64,000 bases of DNA from an uncultured Acidimicrobiaceae bacterium (GCA_963732125.1 CAVSXX010000002.1:37985-101984), one strand, 5' to 3'. Numbered from the stretch's first letter, positions 27,072 through 37,574 are shown. The notes: generated by a model not told the origin, from the letters alone. Translations and numbers: made by a program.

Positions 27072-28340
27072 TCAACTACCGAAGTTCCATCCCTCGCCGC
27101 TCTCGTAACGGTGAATGATGTTCTTTGCCATGAGGATCCTGTGCACCTCGTCGGGACCATCGGCAATGCGAAGGATGCGCGCGGTCAAATACATCTGAGC
27201 GAGCGGCAGATCGTTTGAGACACCCGCCCCGCCCCACACCTGTATCGCCCGATCGACCACCCGGTGATACGCCGCCGGAACGAAGACCTTGATCGCCGAG
27301 ATCGCGGTGCGCGCGTCGGGGTCGCTGTCGGCGACCTTTTGGGCGGCGTTGATCGTCATGAGTCGCGCCGATTGGAGGTCCATGAAGCTGTCGGCGATGA
27401 AGCCCTGGATGAACTGCTTGTCCTTCAAGAGACCTCCGTGCACCTCGCGCGTCAGTGCGCGTTCGACCGTGAGGTCGAACGCGCGCCACATCTGACCGAT
27501 CGAGTTCATGCAGTGGTAGACACGACCGGCGCCGAGTCGGTCCTGGGCCGCCTGGTGTCCTTGACCGACGAGGCCCAACGTGTTCTCGATCGGGACGCGG
27601 ACATTCTCGTAGCGGATCTCGCAGTGGTCCGACGTCGAGCGCCCGAAGATCCCGATGCCGCGCACGATGTTCACCCCCCGCGCATCGGCCGGCACGATGA
27701 TCTGACTCATGTGACCACTTGCGCCCAACTCCCCCGACGGGTCGACGGTGCGACACATGACGATGAAGAAGTTGGCGTCGATGCCGTTCGACGTGAACCA
27801 CTTGTGGCCGTTGATGACCCAGTCGTCGCCGTCGCGCACTGCTTCTGTCTCGATCGAGCGCGGGTCAGAGCCCGCGTGCTCCGGTTCGGTCATCGAGAAA
27901 CCCGACTCCATCTCGCCCGCAATGAGTGGCAGCAGCCACTTCTCCTTCTGCTCCTCGGTCCCGTACTTCACCAAGATGCTGGCGTTGCCCGAGTTCGGCG
28001 CGGCGATGCCGAACAGCGCCGACGCGCCGACGGCGTATGCGAGGATCTCGTACATGTAGGCGAGCGAAAGGAAGTCGAGCCCCGCTCCTCCATACTCCTT
28101 GGGCAGATGCGGCGCCCAGAGTCCAGCCTCAACCACCTTGACCTTGATCGACTCGCGGAGGTCGATGCTCTCTCTCCTTCGTGCCTCGCGCTCGTCGTCG
28201 CCGCGCCCTGCTGCCCATGACCCACGCCAGAGCACCTCTTCGTGAGGCAAGACCTCCTCATTGACGAAGTCGGCGGTACGGCGGCGGACGTCGTTGACCT
28301 CGGGGCTCAGTCCGGCAATCGGCGTGACGTTGATGGGCAT
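27072..28340 (-). CDS. Acyl-CoA dehydrogenase
   Basis: GLWAPHLPKEYGG, APNSGN, FSMTEPEHAGSD, NGHKWFTS, RLGAGRVYHC and RIADGPDEVH. AGGAG RBS. Confidence 0.93.
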   Translation of the reverse strand: MPINVTPIAGLSPEVNDVRRRTADFVNEEVLPHEEVLWRGSWAAGRGDDEREARRRESIDLRESIKVKVVEAGLWAPHLPKEYGGAGLDFLSLAYMYEILAYAVGASALFGIAAPNSGNASILVKYGTEEQKEKWLLPLIAGEMESGFSMTEPEHAGSDPRSIETEAVRDGDDWVINGHKWFTSNGIDANFFIVMCRTVDPSGELGASGHMSQIIVPADARGVNIVRGIGIFGRSTSDHCEIRYENVRVPIENTLGLVGQGHQAAQDRLGAGRVYHCMNSIGQMWRAFDLTVERALTREVHGGLLKDKQFIQGFIADSFMDLQSARLMTINAAQKVADSDPDARTAISAIKVFVPAAYHRVVDRAIQVWGGAGVSNDLPLAQMYLTARILRIADGPDEVHRILMAKNIIHRYESGEGWNFGS

Positions 28341-28466
28341 GGACACTCCTCAGGTTGTTCCACCTGATTATTGCCGAGCGTCTATGAAGTGACGGCCAGC
28401 GCGTCAGCGAGCTGGAACTCGCGCGGCCAGTGACGCCACAAGAGGTCATCGAGCTGCGATGATCGC

Positions 28467-29864
28467 CTATGACGGTAGCTCGCGCGCGTCGAGTAGCCGA
28501 TAAGGGTTCAGCAGTCCCTTGGGGTCGAAGACCTCCCTTATCCGGCGTTCAAGGTCGAGCACCGCGGGGTCGACCAGCGCCAGATAGTCGTCGCGCTTGT
28601 CGAGTCCGATGCCGTGTTCGCCGGAGATCTGTCCGCCGAGCCCGACACCGTAGACAAAGAGCTCGCGCATCAACGCAGCGCGTTCAGCGTCGTCATTGAG
28701 ATAGATGGACAAGTGCACGTTCCCATCGCCGACGTGTCCACAACCGGTGATCGTAGTCTCGTGCCGAGCACCAATACGCGCTACCTCTTCAAGGAACGCG
28801 GGCACTGTCGAACGCGGCACCACGATGTCGACGATCTCTCGCGCTCCTGCGTCCTTGGTGACCCAGAACATCCGTTCACGTGCCTCGATGAGCCGGTGGG
28901 CCGCACCCTCGGGAAGGACGTAGACGTCCAACGCCCCTGCTCGATCGAGCATCTCACCGAGATCGATGATGTCCGCCTCGAGCTGTTCGGCGGCGCGGGT
29001 TTCGAGGATGACAATCAAATAGGCCGCGGCCCTCGCCGCCACCGACTGCTCGACGCCGAGCTCGAGCGAGCCCGCCGTCGTCACCGCCGACATTGTGCGA
29101 ACGTCGAGATACTCGAGCAGCGACGGCTGCACACCCGAGGCGACGACCTCGGGCACAACGCGCGTGATCGCGTCCAAGGTCTCAAAGGGCACCAAGACGG
29201 TCGCCGAGTGACCGAGCTTCGGCGAGAGCTTGAGCGTGATCTCGGTGACCAGGGCGAGCGTGCCCTCCGAGCCGATGATCAGTTGCGTGAGGTCGTAGCC
29301 CGAGGACGACTTGACCACGGGTCCGCCGGTGCGCACGACCGTGCCGTCGATGAGGACGAGCTGAAGTCCCAGCACGTGCTGGCGCGTCACGCCGTGACGA
29401 ACCGCCCGCATGCCACCGGCGTTGGTGTTGACGTTGCCGCCGATCGATCCCGAGAGCTCGCCCGGATAGACCGGATACTGCAGCCCCGTTGGCGCGAGCA
29501 CCTCCGCGAGCTCGTGCAAGGTGATGCCTGGCTGGACAACAACGACGTGGTCATTGGTGTCGAGGCGCACGACGTGATTCATCTTCTCGAAGCTCACCAC
29601 GAGGCCATCCGGCACGGGCGTCGCGCCACCGGAGAGTCCAGTGCCCGACCCGCGCGCCGTGATCGGCAGTTCGTACTTGCTCGCGAGCTTCGCTATCTCG
29701 ACCACCTGCTCGGTCGACGAGGGTCGAACGACGGCGAACGGCTCGACGTGCCGTACGTGCAACGACTCGTCGTGAAGGTCATCGGGGTTGTGGTTCGGCG
29801 AGAACGTCACGGCGTCGCTACCGACGACGGCGGCGAGTTCGTCGTTGAGTTCGAGGGTAATCAT
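28467..29864 (-). CDS. FAD-linked oxidase, GlcD/D-lactate dehydrogenase family
   Basis: ARGSGTGLSGG, SIGGNVNTNAGG, GYDLTQLIIGSEGTL, GHVGDGNVH, SGEHGIG and FDPKGLLNP. Confidence 0.92.
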   Translation of the reverse strand: MITLELNDELAAVVGSDAVTFSPNHNPDDLHDESLHVRHVEPFAVVRPSSTEQVVEIAKLASKYELPITARGSGTGLSGGATPVPDGLVVSFEKMNHVVRLDTNDHVVVVQPGITLHELAEVLAPTGLQYPVYPGELSGSIGGNVNTNAGGMRAVRHGVTRQHVLGLQLVLIDGTVVRTGGPVVKSSSGYDLTQLIIGSEGTLALVTEITLKLSPKLGHSATVLVPFETLDAITRVVPEVVASGVQPSLLEYLDVRTMSAVTTAGSLELGVEQSVAARAAAYLIVILETRAAEQLEADIIDLGEMLDRAGALDVYVLPEGAAHRLIEARERMFWVTKDAGAREIVDIVVPRSTVPAFLEEVARIGARHETTITGCGHVGDGNVHLSIYLNDDAERAALMRELFVYGVGLGGQISGEHGIGLDKRDDYLALVDPAVLDLERRIREVFDPKGLLNPYRLLDARELPS

Positions 29865-29986
29865 CGATTGCCACGCTAACGGCTTGTTCTCGTAGGGTCG
29901 GACTCGCTCGGCCGTCTGATGCATCCCTGTTGCTCCGGTGAGCGGGCTTTGCCAGGATGGATCGCACGAGCGCGTGAGGAGGCAAC

Positions 29987-31882
29987 ATGCCAGACGGTAT
30001 GCCAGTGACCGGTATTGCTCGATCGGCCGCGGCCGACCAGTCCGCGGAACTCGTCGTGAGAAATGGCCGTATCTTCACGGGTGATCCCATGAGGCCGGCG
30101 GCAACCACGATGGCGATCACCAACGCGAAGATCGTTCGAGTGGGCGACGAAGGCGACATTGCCCCGCTCGTCGGACAAGCCACGAAGGTGATCGACGCGA
30201 TGAGCCGACGTATCATTCCGGGCCTCAACGACTCGCACCTTCACCTGATTCGCGGCGGTCTCTACTACCTCCTCGAACTGCGCTGGGACGGCGTCCCGAC
30301 GCTGCGTCATGCGCTCGCCATGTTGCGCGAGCAGGTGGCACGTACGCCCAAGGGCCAATGGGTGCGCGTCGTGGGCGGCTGGACCGATGATCAGTTCGCC
30401 GAGAAGCGCGTACCAACCATCGCGGAGCTCAACGAGGCAGCGCCCGACACACCTGTCTTCGTGCTGCATCTCTATCAGTCGGCGATCATGAATCGCGCCG
30501 CGGTGAAAGCGGTGGGCTTTACCAAGGACACACCCGATCCAGCGGGAGGCGTGATCGCCCGGGGGCATGACGGTGAGCCCACCGGCCTGCTGATCGCCTC
30601 TCCCGCCGCCGGCATTCTGTACTCCACGCTGGCCAAGGGCCCGTTGCTCGAAGCGAACGATCAGGTCGAGTCGACGCGGCACTTCTTTCGAGAGCTGAAT
30701 CGATTCGGACTGACGAGTGCGATCGACGCGGGTGGGGGGTTCCAGAGCTACCCGGAGAACTACGCCGCCGTCATCGAGCTGGCGAAGGCGGGCGAGCTCA
30801 CGGTGCGCATCTCGTACCACCTCTTTCCCCAAGTGGCTGGCCAGGAGCTGGCCGACCTCACCCGCTTCACCGAGATGCTCAAGCCGAATGAAGGCGACGA
30901 GTGGCTGAAGGTGAACGGCATGGGTGAGAACCTCGCCTGGTCGCCCGCCGACTTCGAGAACTTCAATGAGCCCCGTCCGATCCTCGAAGCTAAGGCGAGC
31001 GGCGATCTCGAGGCGGCGGTGCGCCTTCTCATGGACCGCGGCTGGGGCTTTCGACTGCACGCGACCTACGGCGAGACCATCGAAAAAGACCTCGACGTCT
31101 TTGAGAGGGTCGCCCAAGATCAAGGCTTCCCGCGCGGCGTGCGGTGGTTCTTCGACCACGCCGAAACGGTCACCGACGAGAGCCTCGAACGAATACTGGA
31201 GCTCGGCGGTGCGCTCTCCATCCAGAACCGCATGATGTTCCAAGCGCGAGAGTTCGTTGGTCGATACGGCGCGGCGCGTGCTGCGAACGCGCCGCCCATC
31301 AAGCTGATGTTGGACCGCGGCCTGCTCGTGGCCGCGGGCACAGACGCCACGCGAGTGTCGAGCTACAACCCCTGGCTCTCACTGCAGTGGCTCGTCACCG
31401 GGCGAGACATCGGCGGACGAGCAAGGGCGTCGCGAGAGAATCTCGTGAGTCGAGAGAAGGCGCTCGAGATGTACACGGTCGGCGGCGCGTCCCTGAGCGG
31501 AGAAGCGTCGATCAAAGGACAGCTGAAAGAGGGCCAGCTCGCCGACTTCGCGATCCTCTCCGACGACTACTTCGCGGTCCCTCCTGCCGACATCTCACAC
31601 ATCGAGTCCCTGTGCACGGTCGTCGGCGGGCGCGTGGTCTACGGTGTGGGCGACTTCGAAGGACTCGCAGAGCCCGCGAACGCGATCAGCGTCGCGTGGA
31701 GCCCCGTCGCTGCCTTCGGCGGGTACTGCGCCACGCCGAAGACTGGCGGATGGGCGCAGGCGATGGCCGTCACCGACGTTGCCGCGGCGGCCGATGAGCA
31801 CTTCCACTGGAGAGTCGCGCGAGGCGACGCCTCGCCCACGTCCCTGGTGTCAGACGGCGACGGTTGCTCTCAGCTCGACTGA
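29987..31882 (+). CDS. Amidohydrolase 3 family protein (YtcJ/NfdA-like)
   Basis: IIPGLNDSHLH, ELRWDG, VLHLY, FRLHATY, FDHAE, GTDATRV and GQLADFAIL. GAGGAGG RBS. Confidence 0.9.
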   Translation: MPDGMPVTGIARSAAADQSAELVVRNGRIFTGDPMRPAATTMAITNAKIVRVGDEGDIAPLVGQATKVIDAMSRRIIPGLNDSHLHLIRGGLYYLLELRWDGVPTLRHALAMLREQVARTPKGQWVRVVGGWTDDQFAEKRVPTIAELNEAAPDTPVFVLHLYQSAIMNRAAVKAVGFTKDTPDPAGGVIARGHDGEPTGLLIASPAAGILYSTLAKGPLLEANDQVESTRHFFRELNRFGLTSAIDAGGGFQSYPENYAAVIELAKAGELTVRISYHLFPQVAGQELADLTRFTEMLKPNEGDEWLKVNGMGENLAWSPADFENFNEPRPILEAKASGDLEAAVRLLMDRGWGFRLHATYGETIEKDLDVFERVAQDQGFPRGVRWFFDHAETVTDESLERILELGGALSIQNRMMFQAREFVGRYGAARAANAPPIKLMLDRGLLVAAGTDATRVSSYNPWLSLQWLVTGRDIGGRARASRENLVSREKALEMYTVGGASLSGEASIKGQLKEGQLADFAILSDDYFAVPPADISHIESLCTVVGGRVVYGVGDFEGLAEPANAISVAWSPVAAFGGYCATPKTGGWAQAMAVTDVAAAADEHFHWRVARGDASPTSLVSDGDGCSQLD

Positions 31883-31932
31883 ACCGCATTGACGAGTAGT
31901 ACGTTCGCGAAGCACACCACAAAGGAGGCCTC

Positions 31933-32328
31933 ATGGAGGCGAGTGAGTCAGAGGGCATCGATCAAGAAGCGCTCGAGTTCATGGCGGACGCCGTCGTGAC
32001 ACTCGACAGCACCGGGAAGATCTCGTCGTGGAACGCCGGGGCCGAGCGGCTCCTGGGTTACACCGCCGCGAGCATGGTGGGCGGCTCAATGGTGCCCGTC
32101 ATCCCCGAGGAGTTCCGTGCGCGACACGTCGCGGGCTTCCACGCGGCCCTCGATTCCGGACAGCTCAAGCATGATGGGCACGCGGGGCACGTGCAGGCCA
32201 CGACCGCTGACGGTCGCGTCATCGATCTGGCCATGACACTGGGCCTTTTGAAGCACTCCGACGGCAGCGCATTCGGCGCCGTGGCGGTGCTGCGGCCACT
32301 CGTTCCCGTCGAGCCATTTGCCCTGTAG
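31933..32328 (+). CDS. Stand-alone PAS domain protein
   Basis: DAVVTLDSTGKISSWNAGAERLLGY...IPEEFRARH PAS signature; no output domain. AAGGAGG RBS. Confidence 0.88.
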   Translation: MEASESEGIDQEALEFMADAVVTLDSTGKISSWNAGAERLLGYTAASMVGGSMVPVIPEEFRARHVAGFHAALDSGQLKHDGHAGHVQATTADGRVIDLAMTLGLLKHSDGSAFGAVAVLRPLVPVEPFAL

Positions 32329-32431
32329 GGCGTCTCGTCAACGCGATTGCGCCGAGCACGGCGTGCGGTAAAACTCGAGCGATGACTCGGATGGCTCGCT
32401 CGCTCGGCGAAACGCTGCACGCGGGGCTGCA

Positions 32432-33049
32432 GTGAGTCCGACCGAGCGAGACAAGATGCTGGCGGGTGAACCGTACAACTGCCGTGATCCTGAACTGATG
32501 GAAATGGCGGTCGCCGCTCGTCGGCGCGTCGCGGCGTTTTGTGCCATGGATCCAGGCGACGAGGAAGGCCGCTTCCACCTTCTCGAGACGATCTTTGGCC
32601 ATGTGGGTCCTGGCGTTCATATCGAACCGCCCTTTTACGTGGACTTCGGCGTGCATACGACGATTGGGCGTGACACCTTCATCAACGTCAACTTCATGCT
32701 CATCGATGACGCGACCGTCACGATCGGCGAGCGATGCTTGTTCGGCCCCGCCGTCCAGCTCGCCACCGCCAAGCACCCGCTCCGCGTTGCCGAGCGGCGC
32801 ACACCCTTAGGGGACGTCGAGGCCGGAAAAGCGCCATGGCGGACCCTGACGTCGCCCATCACGGTCGGCGACGACGTATGGCTCGGCTCAGGGGTCATCG
32901 TTCTTGCCGGCGTGAACATTGGCGACAGATCCACGGTGGGAGCTGGCGCCGTCGTCACTGATGACGTGCCACCCGACACCCTGGCACTGGGGACCCCCGC
33001 CAAAGTCATTCGTCACCTGAATCCGCCTGAGTCGAGGTACGAGCAGTGA
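32432..33049 (+). CDS. Maltose/galactoside O-acetyltransferase (hexapeptide repeat)
   Basis: ERDKMLAGEPY, IEPPFYVDFG, TIGERCLFGP, VGDDVWLG and AGAVVTDDVP. Confidence 0.92.
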   Translation: MSPTERDKMLAGEPYNCRDPELMEMAVAARRRVAAFCAMDPGDEEGRFHLLETIFGHVGPGVHIEPPFYVDFGVHTTIGRDTFINVNFMLIDDATVTIGERCLFGPAVQLATAKHPLRVAERRTPLGDVEAGKAPWRTLTSPITVGDDVWLGSGVIVLAGVNIGDRSTVGAGAVVTDDVPPDTLALGTPAKVIRHLNPPESRYEQ

Positions 33050-33130
33050 CGCAATAGGCGTCGTCGACCGGGAGCCGTGCGGTTCAAGGTCACGGAGCCA
33101 ATCACGGGGTGACAGACTCGAGATACATCC

Positions 33131-34093
33131 GTGTCGATCGAAGGGAATCTTGTGAGCTCGCCCCGTCTCCTCGTGAGCCTGCCGGATGAGTCCATGAGAA
33201 GCACGCTGAAGGATGTACCCGACGACGTCGAGTTCCTCGTGTGGGATCTGTCGGGACCTGCGGCGAGGAGCGACATCGACATCGTGGTGCCGCCGTATCT
33301 GCGCCCGGTCTCGATCCTCGCGCAGCTCAACGACGTGCACGTGCGTCTCGTCCAAAGCCAGTTGGTGGGCTACGACGGCGTCGAAGAAGTGCTCCCCCAG
33401 GGCGTCGTCTTCGCCAACGCGGCGTCAGTCCATGAGACCGCGACGGCGGAGCTGACACTCGGACTGATCATCGCCGCACAGCGGGGCATCCCCGACTTCG
33501 TTCGTGCGGCCGATGTCGGGCAATGGGCTCCTGCCTGGCACCCAGGCCTCGCCGATCGACGAGTGCTGCTCATCGGCTACGGCGGGGTCGGCAGGGCCAT
33601 CGAGTCGCGACTCATCCCCTTTGAGGCCGACGTCACTCGTGTCGCGAGCCGCGAGCGCATCGACGAGCGAGGCGTCATCTATGGCGTCGAAGCCTTGCCC
33701 CAACTGCTCCCTGCGGCGGAGATCGTCATCGTCGTGGTGCCGCTCACGCCGGCGACGACGGGGCTCGTCGACGACGCGTTTCTCTCACTGATGCCAGGAG
33801 GGAGCCTCCTCGTCAACGTGGCACGCGGCAAGGTGGCCAATACCGATGCGCTCATCGCGCACGCAAAATCCGGGCGTCTTCGCCTCGCCCTCGACGTCAC
33901 CGATCCCGAGCCGCTACCTGAAGGGCATCCCCTCTTTGCGATGAAGAACGTCGTCGTCTCTCCACACGTCGGTGGTGTGTCGTCGGCGATGGCCCCACGG
34001 ATGGCGCGCCTCCTCGAGATTCAGATCGCGAGAATGCTCCAGGGCGAGGCTCCCATCAACGTCATCTTTCCGCGAGAAGAGGGCGCCTCATGA
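33131..34093 (+). CDS. D-isomer-specific 2-hydroxyacid dehydrogenase
   Basis: VLLIGYGGVG, LVNVARGKV, ALDVTDPEPLP and SPHVGG. Confidence 0.92.
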   Translation: MSIEGNLVSSPRLLVSLPDESMRSTLKDVPDDVEFLVWDLSGPAARSDIDIVVPPYLRPVSILAQLNDVHVRLVQSQLVGYDGVEEVLPQGVVFANAASVHETATAELTLGLIIAAQRGIPDFVRAADVGQWAPAWHPGLADRRVLLIGYGGVGRAIESRLIPFEADVTRVASRERIDERGVIYGVEALPQLLPAAEIVIVVVPLTPATTGLVDDAFLSLMPGGSLLVNVARGKVANTDALIAHAKSGRLRLALDVTDPEPLPEGHPLFAMKNVVVSPHVGGVSSAMAPRMARLLEIQIARMLQGEAPINVIFPREEGAS

Positions 34094-34136
34094 GTCATCG
34101 TGTGCCCCATCCTCTTTACCGCTAGAAAGGACGTAT

Positions 34137-35480
34137 ATGTCAACTGACCGATCAACACTGAGTCCTCTCGAACGCGAGAAGGCATCCGTCTTTCACTCGT
34201 GGTCCGCTCAGGCCACGATCAATCCACTCATGATCAAGAGCGCCGAAGGTGTCTACGTCACCGATATCGACGACACGACGTATCTGGACTTCTCCTCTCA
34301 GCTGGTCAACACGAATATCGGCCATCAGCACCCCTCGGTCGTGCGAGCCATCCAGGAACAAGCGGGTGTCCTCACCACGATCGCGCCGCAGCACGGCTAC
34401 GAGTCGCGCTATCGCGCTGCCGAGCTCATCCTCGATCACTCCTTTGACGGCGCGGCGAAGGTCTTCTTCACGAATGGTGGTACCGAGTCGGTCGAGCACG
34501 CGGTGCGCATGGCGCGCCTACACACGGGCCGCTATAAGGTGCTCTCGGCGTACCGCAGCTATCACGGTGGCACCTCGACCTCGATCAACCTGACTGGCGA
34601 TCCGCGACGCTGGCCGAACGACCATGGCACCTCGGGCGCCGTGCACTTCTTTGGTCCGTTCCTCTATCGCTCCGTCTACAACGCCACGACCGAAGAGGAA
34701 GAGCGCGACCGCGCGCTCGCGAACCTGGAGAACATCATCCAGTTCGAGGGGCCCGCGGCCTTCGCCGCGATCATCCTCGAGACCATTCCTGGTACCGCCG
34801 GCATCATGGTCCCGCCGAAGGGATTCCTCGCCGGCGTGCGCGAGCTGTGCGACCGTTACGGCATCGTCTACATCGCCGACGAGGTCATGTGCGGCTTTGG
34901 ACGGACCGGTTCGTGGTTCGCCTACCAGGACCACGATGTGAAGCCCGACCTCGTCGCGTTCGCCAAGGGCGTGAACTCCGGGTACGTGCCCCTCGGTGGC
35001 GTCGTCATCAACGAGGCGATCTCTGCGACGTTCAACGACCGCGTCTTTCCCGGCGGCTTGACGTACTCCGGCCACCCGCTCGCCACGGCCGCCGCGGTCG
35101 CCTGCATCGAGGCGATGGAGAGCGAGAAGATCGTGGAGAACGCCCGTCGCATCGGTGACGAGGTGCTTCGCCCCGGTCTCGAAGAGCTCGCGAAGAAGCA
35201 CCAGATCATCGGCGACCTTCGAGGGCTCGGCGTCTTCTTCGCGCTCGATCTCGTCTCGGATCGCACAACCAAAGAGCCACTGGCCCCCTACGGCGGAACC
35301 TCGCCCGCGATCGGCGAGATCATGGCCGCTTGTCGCGACGAGCGCCTCTTGATCTTCAACAACTACCACCGGATTCACGTCGTCCCGCCGTGCACGGTCA
35401 CCGACGAGGAGGCTCGCGACGGCTTGGCGCGCCTCGATCGCGCGCTCGCGGTTGCGGACAAGTACTACGTAGGCAGCTAG
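34137..35480 (+). CDS. Class III PLP aminotransferase (omega-amino acid/beta-alanine-type)
   Basis: HSWSAQ, YLDFSSQLVN, FFTNGG, SYHGGT, DEVMCGFGRTG, FAKGVNSG and GLTYSGHP. AAGGA RBS. Confidence 0.92.
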   Translation: MSTDRSTLSPLEREKASVFHSWSAQATINPLMIKSAEGVYVTDIDDTTYLDFSSQLVNTNIGHQHPSVVRAIQEQAGVLTTIAPQHGYESRYRAAELILDHSFDGAAKVFFTNGGTESVEHAVRMARLHTGRYKVLSAYRSYHGGTSTSINLTGDPRRWPNDHGTSGAVHFFGPFLYRSVYNATTEEEERDRALANLENIIQFEGPAAFAAIILETIPGTAGIMVPPKGFLAGVRELCDRYGIVYIADEVMCGFGRTGSWFAYQDHDVKPDLVAFAKGVNSGYVPLGGVVINEAISATFNDRVFPGGLTYSGHPLATAAAVACIEAMESEKIVENARRIGDEVLRPGLEELAKKHQIIGDLRGLGVFFALDLVSDRTTKEPLAPYGGTSPAIGEIMAACRDERLLIFNNYHRIHVVPPCTVTDEEARDGLARLDRALAVADKYYVGS

Positions 35481-35962
35481 AACTTCAAATACATGATGTG
35501 CAGGCCCACGAGGCCGTGCTCACGGTGGTCGAACGCTTCAGGGACGGTCGTGAGGATCTCAAAGCCGAGGCTTCGCCACAGCCGAACGGCGGCCACGTTG
35601 GTCTCGACGACCGCGTTGAACTGCATCGCCGCGTATCCCGCTTCCTTGGCCCACTCGACGACGTAGGTTCCCAACTCGGTGCCGATGCCATGCCCCTGAA
35701 AGTTCGGATCAACCATGAAGCTGGCCGTCGCGACGTGGGCGCCGCGACCGGGTCGGTTGGGTCCCATCTTCGCGGTACCAACGACGCGGCCTTCGCGGAC
35801 GGCAACCACCGTGCGGCCGGGTGCCCGTTCCATCCACAGAGGTCGCGCCTCGTCACGCGTGAGGTTGGCCGGATAGGCGTAGCTGTCGCCCGCGGAGACG
35901 ATCGCCACAAAGAACGGATAGATCACCTCCCAATCGTCGTCGCTCGCCTCGCGGATGCCCAT
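35477..35962 (-). CDS. GNAT family N-acetyltransferase
   Basis: MVDPNFQGHGIG, AMQFNAVVETN and LWRSLGF. TACTGT-6nt-ATG. Confidence 0.9.
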   Translation of the reverse strand: MGIREASDDDWEVIYPFFVAIVSAGDSYAYPANLTRDEARPLWMERAPGRTVVAVREGRVVGTAKMGPNRPGRGAHVATASFMVDPNFQGHGIGTELGTYVVEWAKEAGYAAMQFNAVVETNVAAVRLWRSLGFEILTTVPEAFDHREHGLVGLHIMYLKF

Positions 35963-36059
35963 GACTGAACAGTACCCATCGCCCGCGCCAGTGACGATGA
36001 CGCGCTCGCTACCGATAACTTGAGTCGGGCGCCGAATCGACGATGCCCGAGGGAGTGCC

Positions 36060-36851
36060 GTGGCACGAGAACGACGTGATGTGTTTGGTGAAGCGGTCGA
36101 GCAGTACGCCAATGCGCGACCGGGCTATCCCGACGAGCTGATCGACGACGTCCTCGCCTACGGCGATCCTGCGGGCGACATCGTCGAAGTCGGGGCTGGC
36201 ACGGGGAAGGCAACGGTCGCCTTCGCTGCTCGAGGCGTGTCGCTGACCTGCCTTGAGCCGGACCCTCGGATGGCAGCGCGCCTTGCCATCGAGTGCGCAA
36301 CGTTCCCCAACGTGTCGATCATCACTTCGAGATTTGAGAACTGGGTTGCGCCGTCGACGTATGACGTCTTGATCGCAGCCCAATCGTGGCACTGGGTCGA
36401 CCCGTCTCGTCGATGGGATCTCGCACATCGCGCCGTGCACACCGGAGGCGCGATCGCGGTGTTCTGGAACCGTTACGTCGTTGCCATCGATGAGGTTCGC
36501 CGCGAGCTTGATGGCATCGATCGGCGCTACCTCGTCGACAACGCATTCTCGCCGAATGGCGTGACGACTGAGGCCTTCCCGGACGAGATCGTCCTTGAAC
36601 CGGGTTGGCCCGCGTACGACCTCGCGAGCGACGCTCGGTTCGAAGACCTCGTGAGTCGTCGCTACCGCCGCACGCAGGTCTTCTCCACCGCCACGTACCT
36701 GGACCTGCTCGCGTCGACGTCGTCGTATCGCATCATGGAGGACGACGCCCGCGTCGCGCTGATGGTCGAGGTGGCGAGCGTCACCGAGGAGCGCGGCGGC
36801 GAGCTGGAGCTCAGCATCATCACCGATCTCTTCCTCGCGCATACCGTCTAG
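36060..36851 (+). CDS. Class I SAM-dependent methyltransferase
   Basis: YANARPGYP, VEVGAGTGKAT, LEPDPRM and AAQSWHW. Confidence 0.9.
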   Translation: MARERRDVFGEAVEQYANARPGYPDELIDDVLAYGDPAGDIVEVGAGTGKATVAFAARGVSLTCLEPDPRMAARLAIECATFPNVSIITSRFENWVAPSTYDVLIAAQSWHWVDPSRRWDLAHRAVHTGGAIAVFWNRYVVAIDEVRRELDGIDRRYLVDNAFSPNGVTTEAFPDEIVLEPGWPAYDLASDARFEDLVSRRYRRTQVFSTATYLDLLASTSSYRIMEDDARVALMVEVASVTEERGGELELSIITDLFLAHTV

Positions 36852-36857
36852 CGAAGG

Positions 36858-37574
36858 TCACGCGTCCTTGAGAAAGCGATCGAAGAACGAGACGATGCGC
36901 GTTCGCGCATCAGTGGCGGCATCCGCGTTGTAACCCATTCCGAGGGGGCGGCCCCCCACGGCGACCAGGACGCCACGCGCGCCGTCGTGCTGGTCGAGAA
37001 ACGCGTGGCCCGCGTCGGGATACTCTTTCACGTCGTGCGCCACGCCGTTCAGCGTCAGCGCGCGTTCCAGTCGGGCAGCTCGGCCCTTGAGTAGCTTGTC
37101 CTTCGCCCCATAGCTCCCCACCACCGGGCACGCACCGCCAAGCACGGCGTCGGCGTCGCTTGGCACGTCGCCGTAGTTGACACTCGACACGCCGTAGCGT
37201 CCACTCGGCGCGAGCAAGAGCGAGAATCCGCCACCCATGCAGTAGCCGATGACGCCCACTCGTCCGTTGCAGTCACGGTGGTCAACCAGCGCGCTGCGGG
37301 CCGCGTCAACGTTGTCGAAGGTCTTTCCACGACGCGCTCGAAGATCGACGAAGATCGAACGAAGGCACGACAGCCTCGAGCCGGCTGAGTAAAGGTCGGG
37401 ACCGAAAGCGAGGTAGCCCGCTGCCGCAAGCCAGTCGCACTGTTGGCGAAGGTCACTCGTCAAGCCGAACACGTCGTGAATCACGACGACGCCGGGCCAT
37501 GGACCTTCGCCAACGGGCCGTGCGACGTACGCGCGCAGCGTCCCATGCGGAGAGGAGAATCTCACTTCGGCCAT
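36858..37574 (-). CDS. Dienelactone hydrolase family protein
   Basis: GVVVIHDVFG, GYCMGG (nucleophile), YGAKD and YPDAGHAF. Confidence 0.93.
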   Translation of the reverse strand: MAEVRFSSPHGTLRAYVARPVGEGPWPGVVVIHDVFGLTSDLRQQCDWLAAAGYLAFGPDLYSAGSRLSCLRSIFVDLRARRGKTFDNVDAARSALVDHRDCNGRVGVIGYCMGGGFSLLLAPSGRYGVSSVNYGDVPSDADAVLGGACPVVGSYGAKDKLLKGRAARLERALTLNGVAHDVKEYPDAGHAFLDQHDGARGVLVAVGGRPLGMGYNADAATDARTRIVSFFDRFLKDA

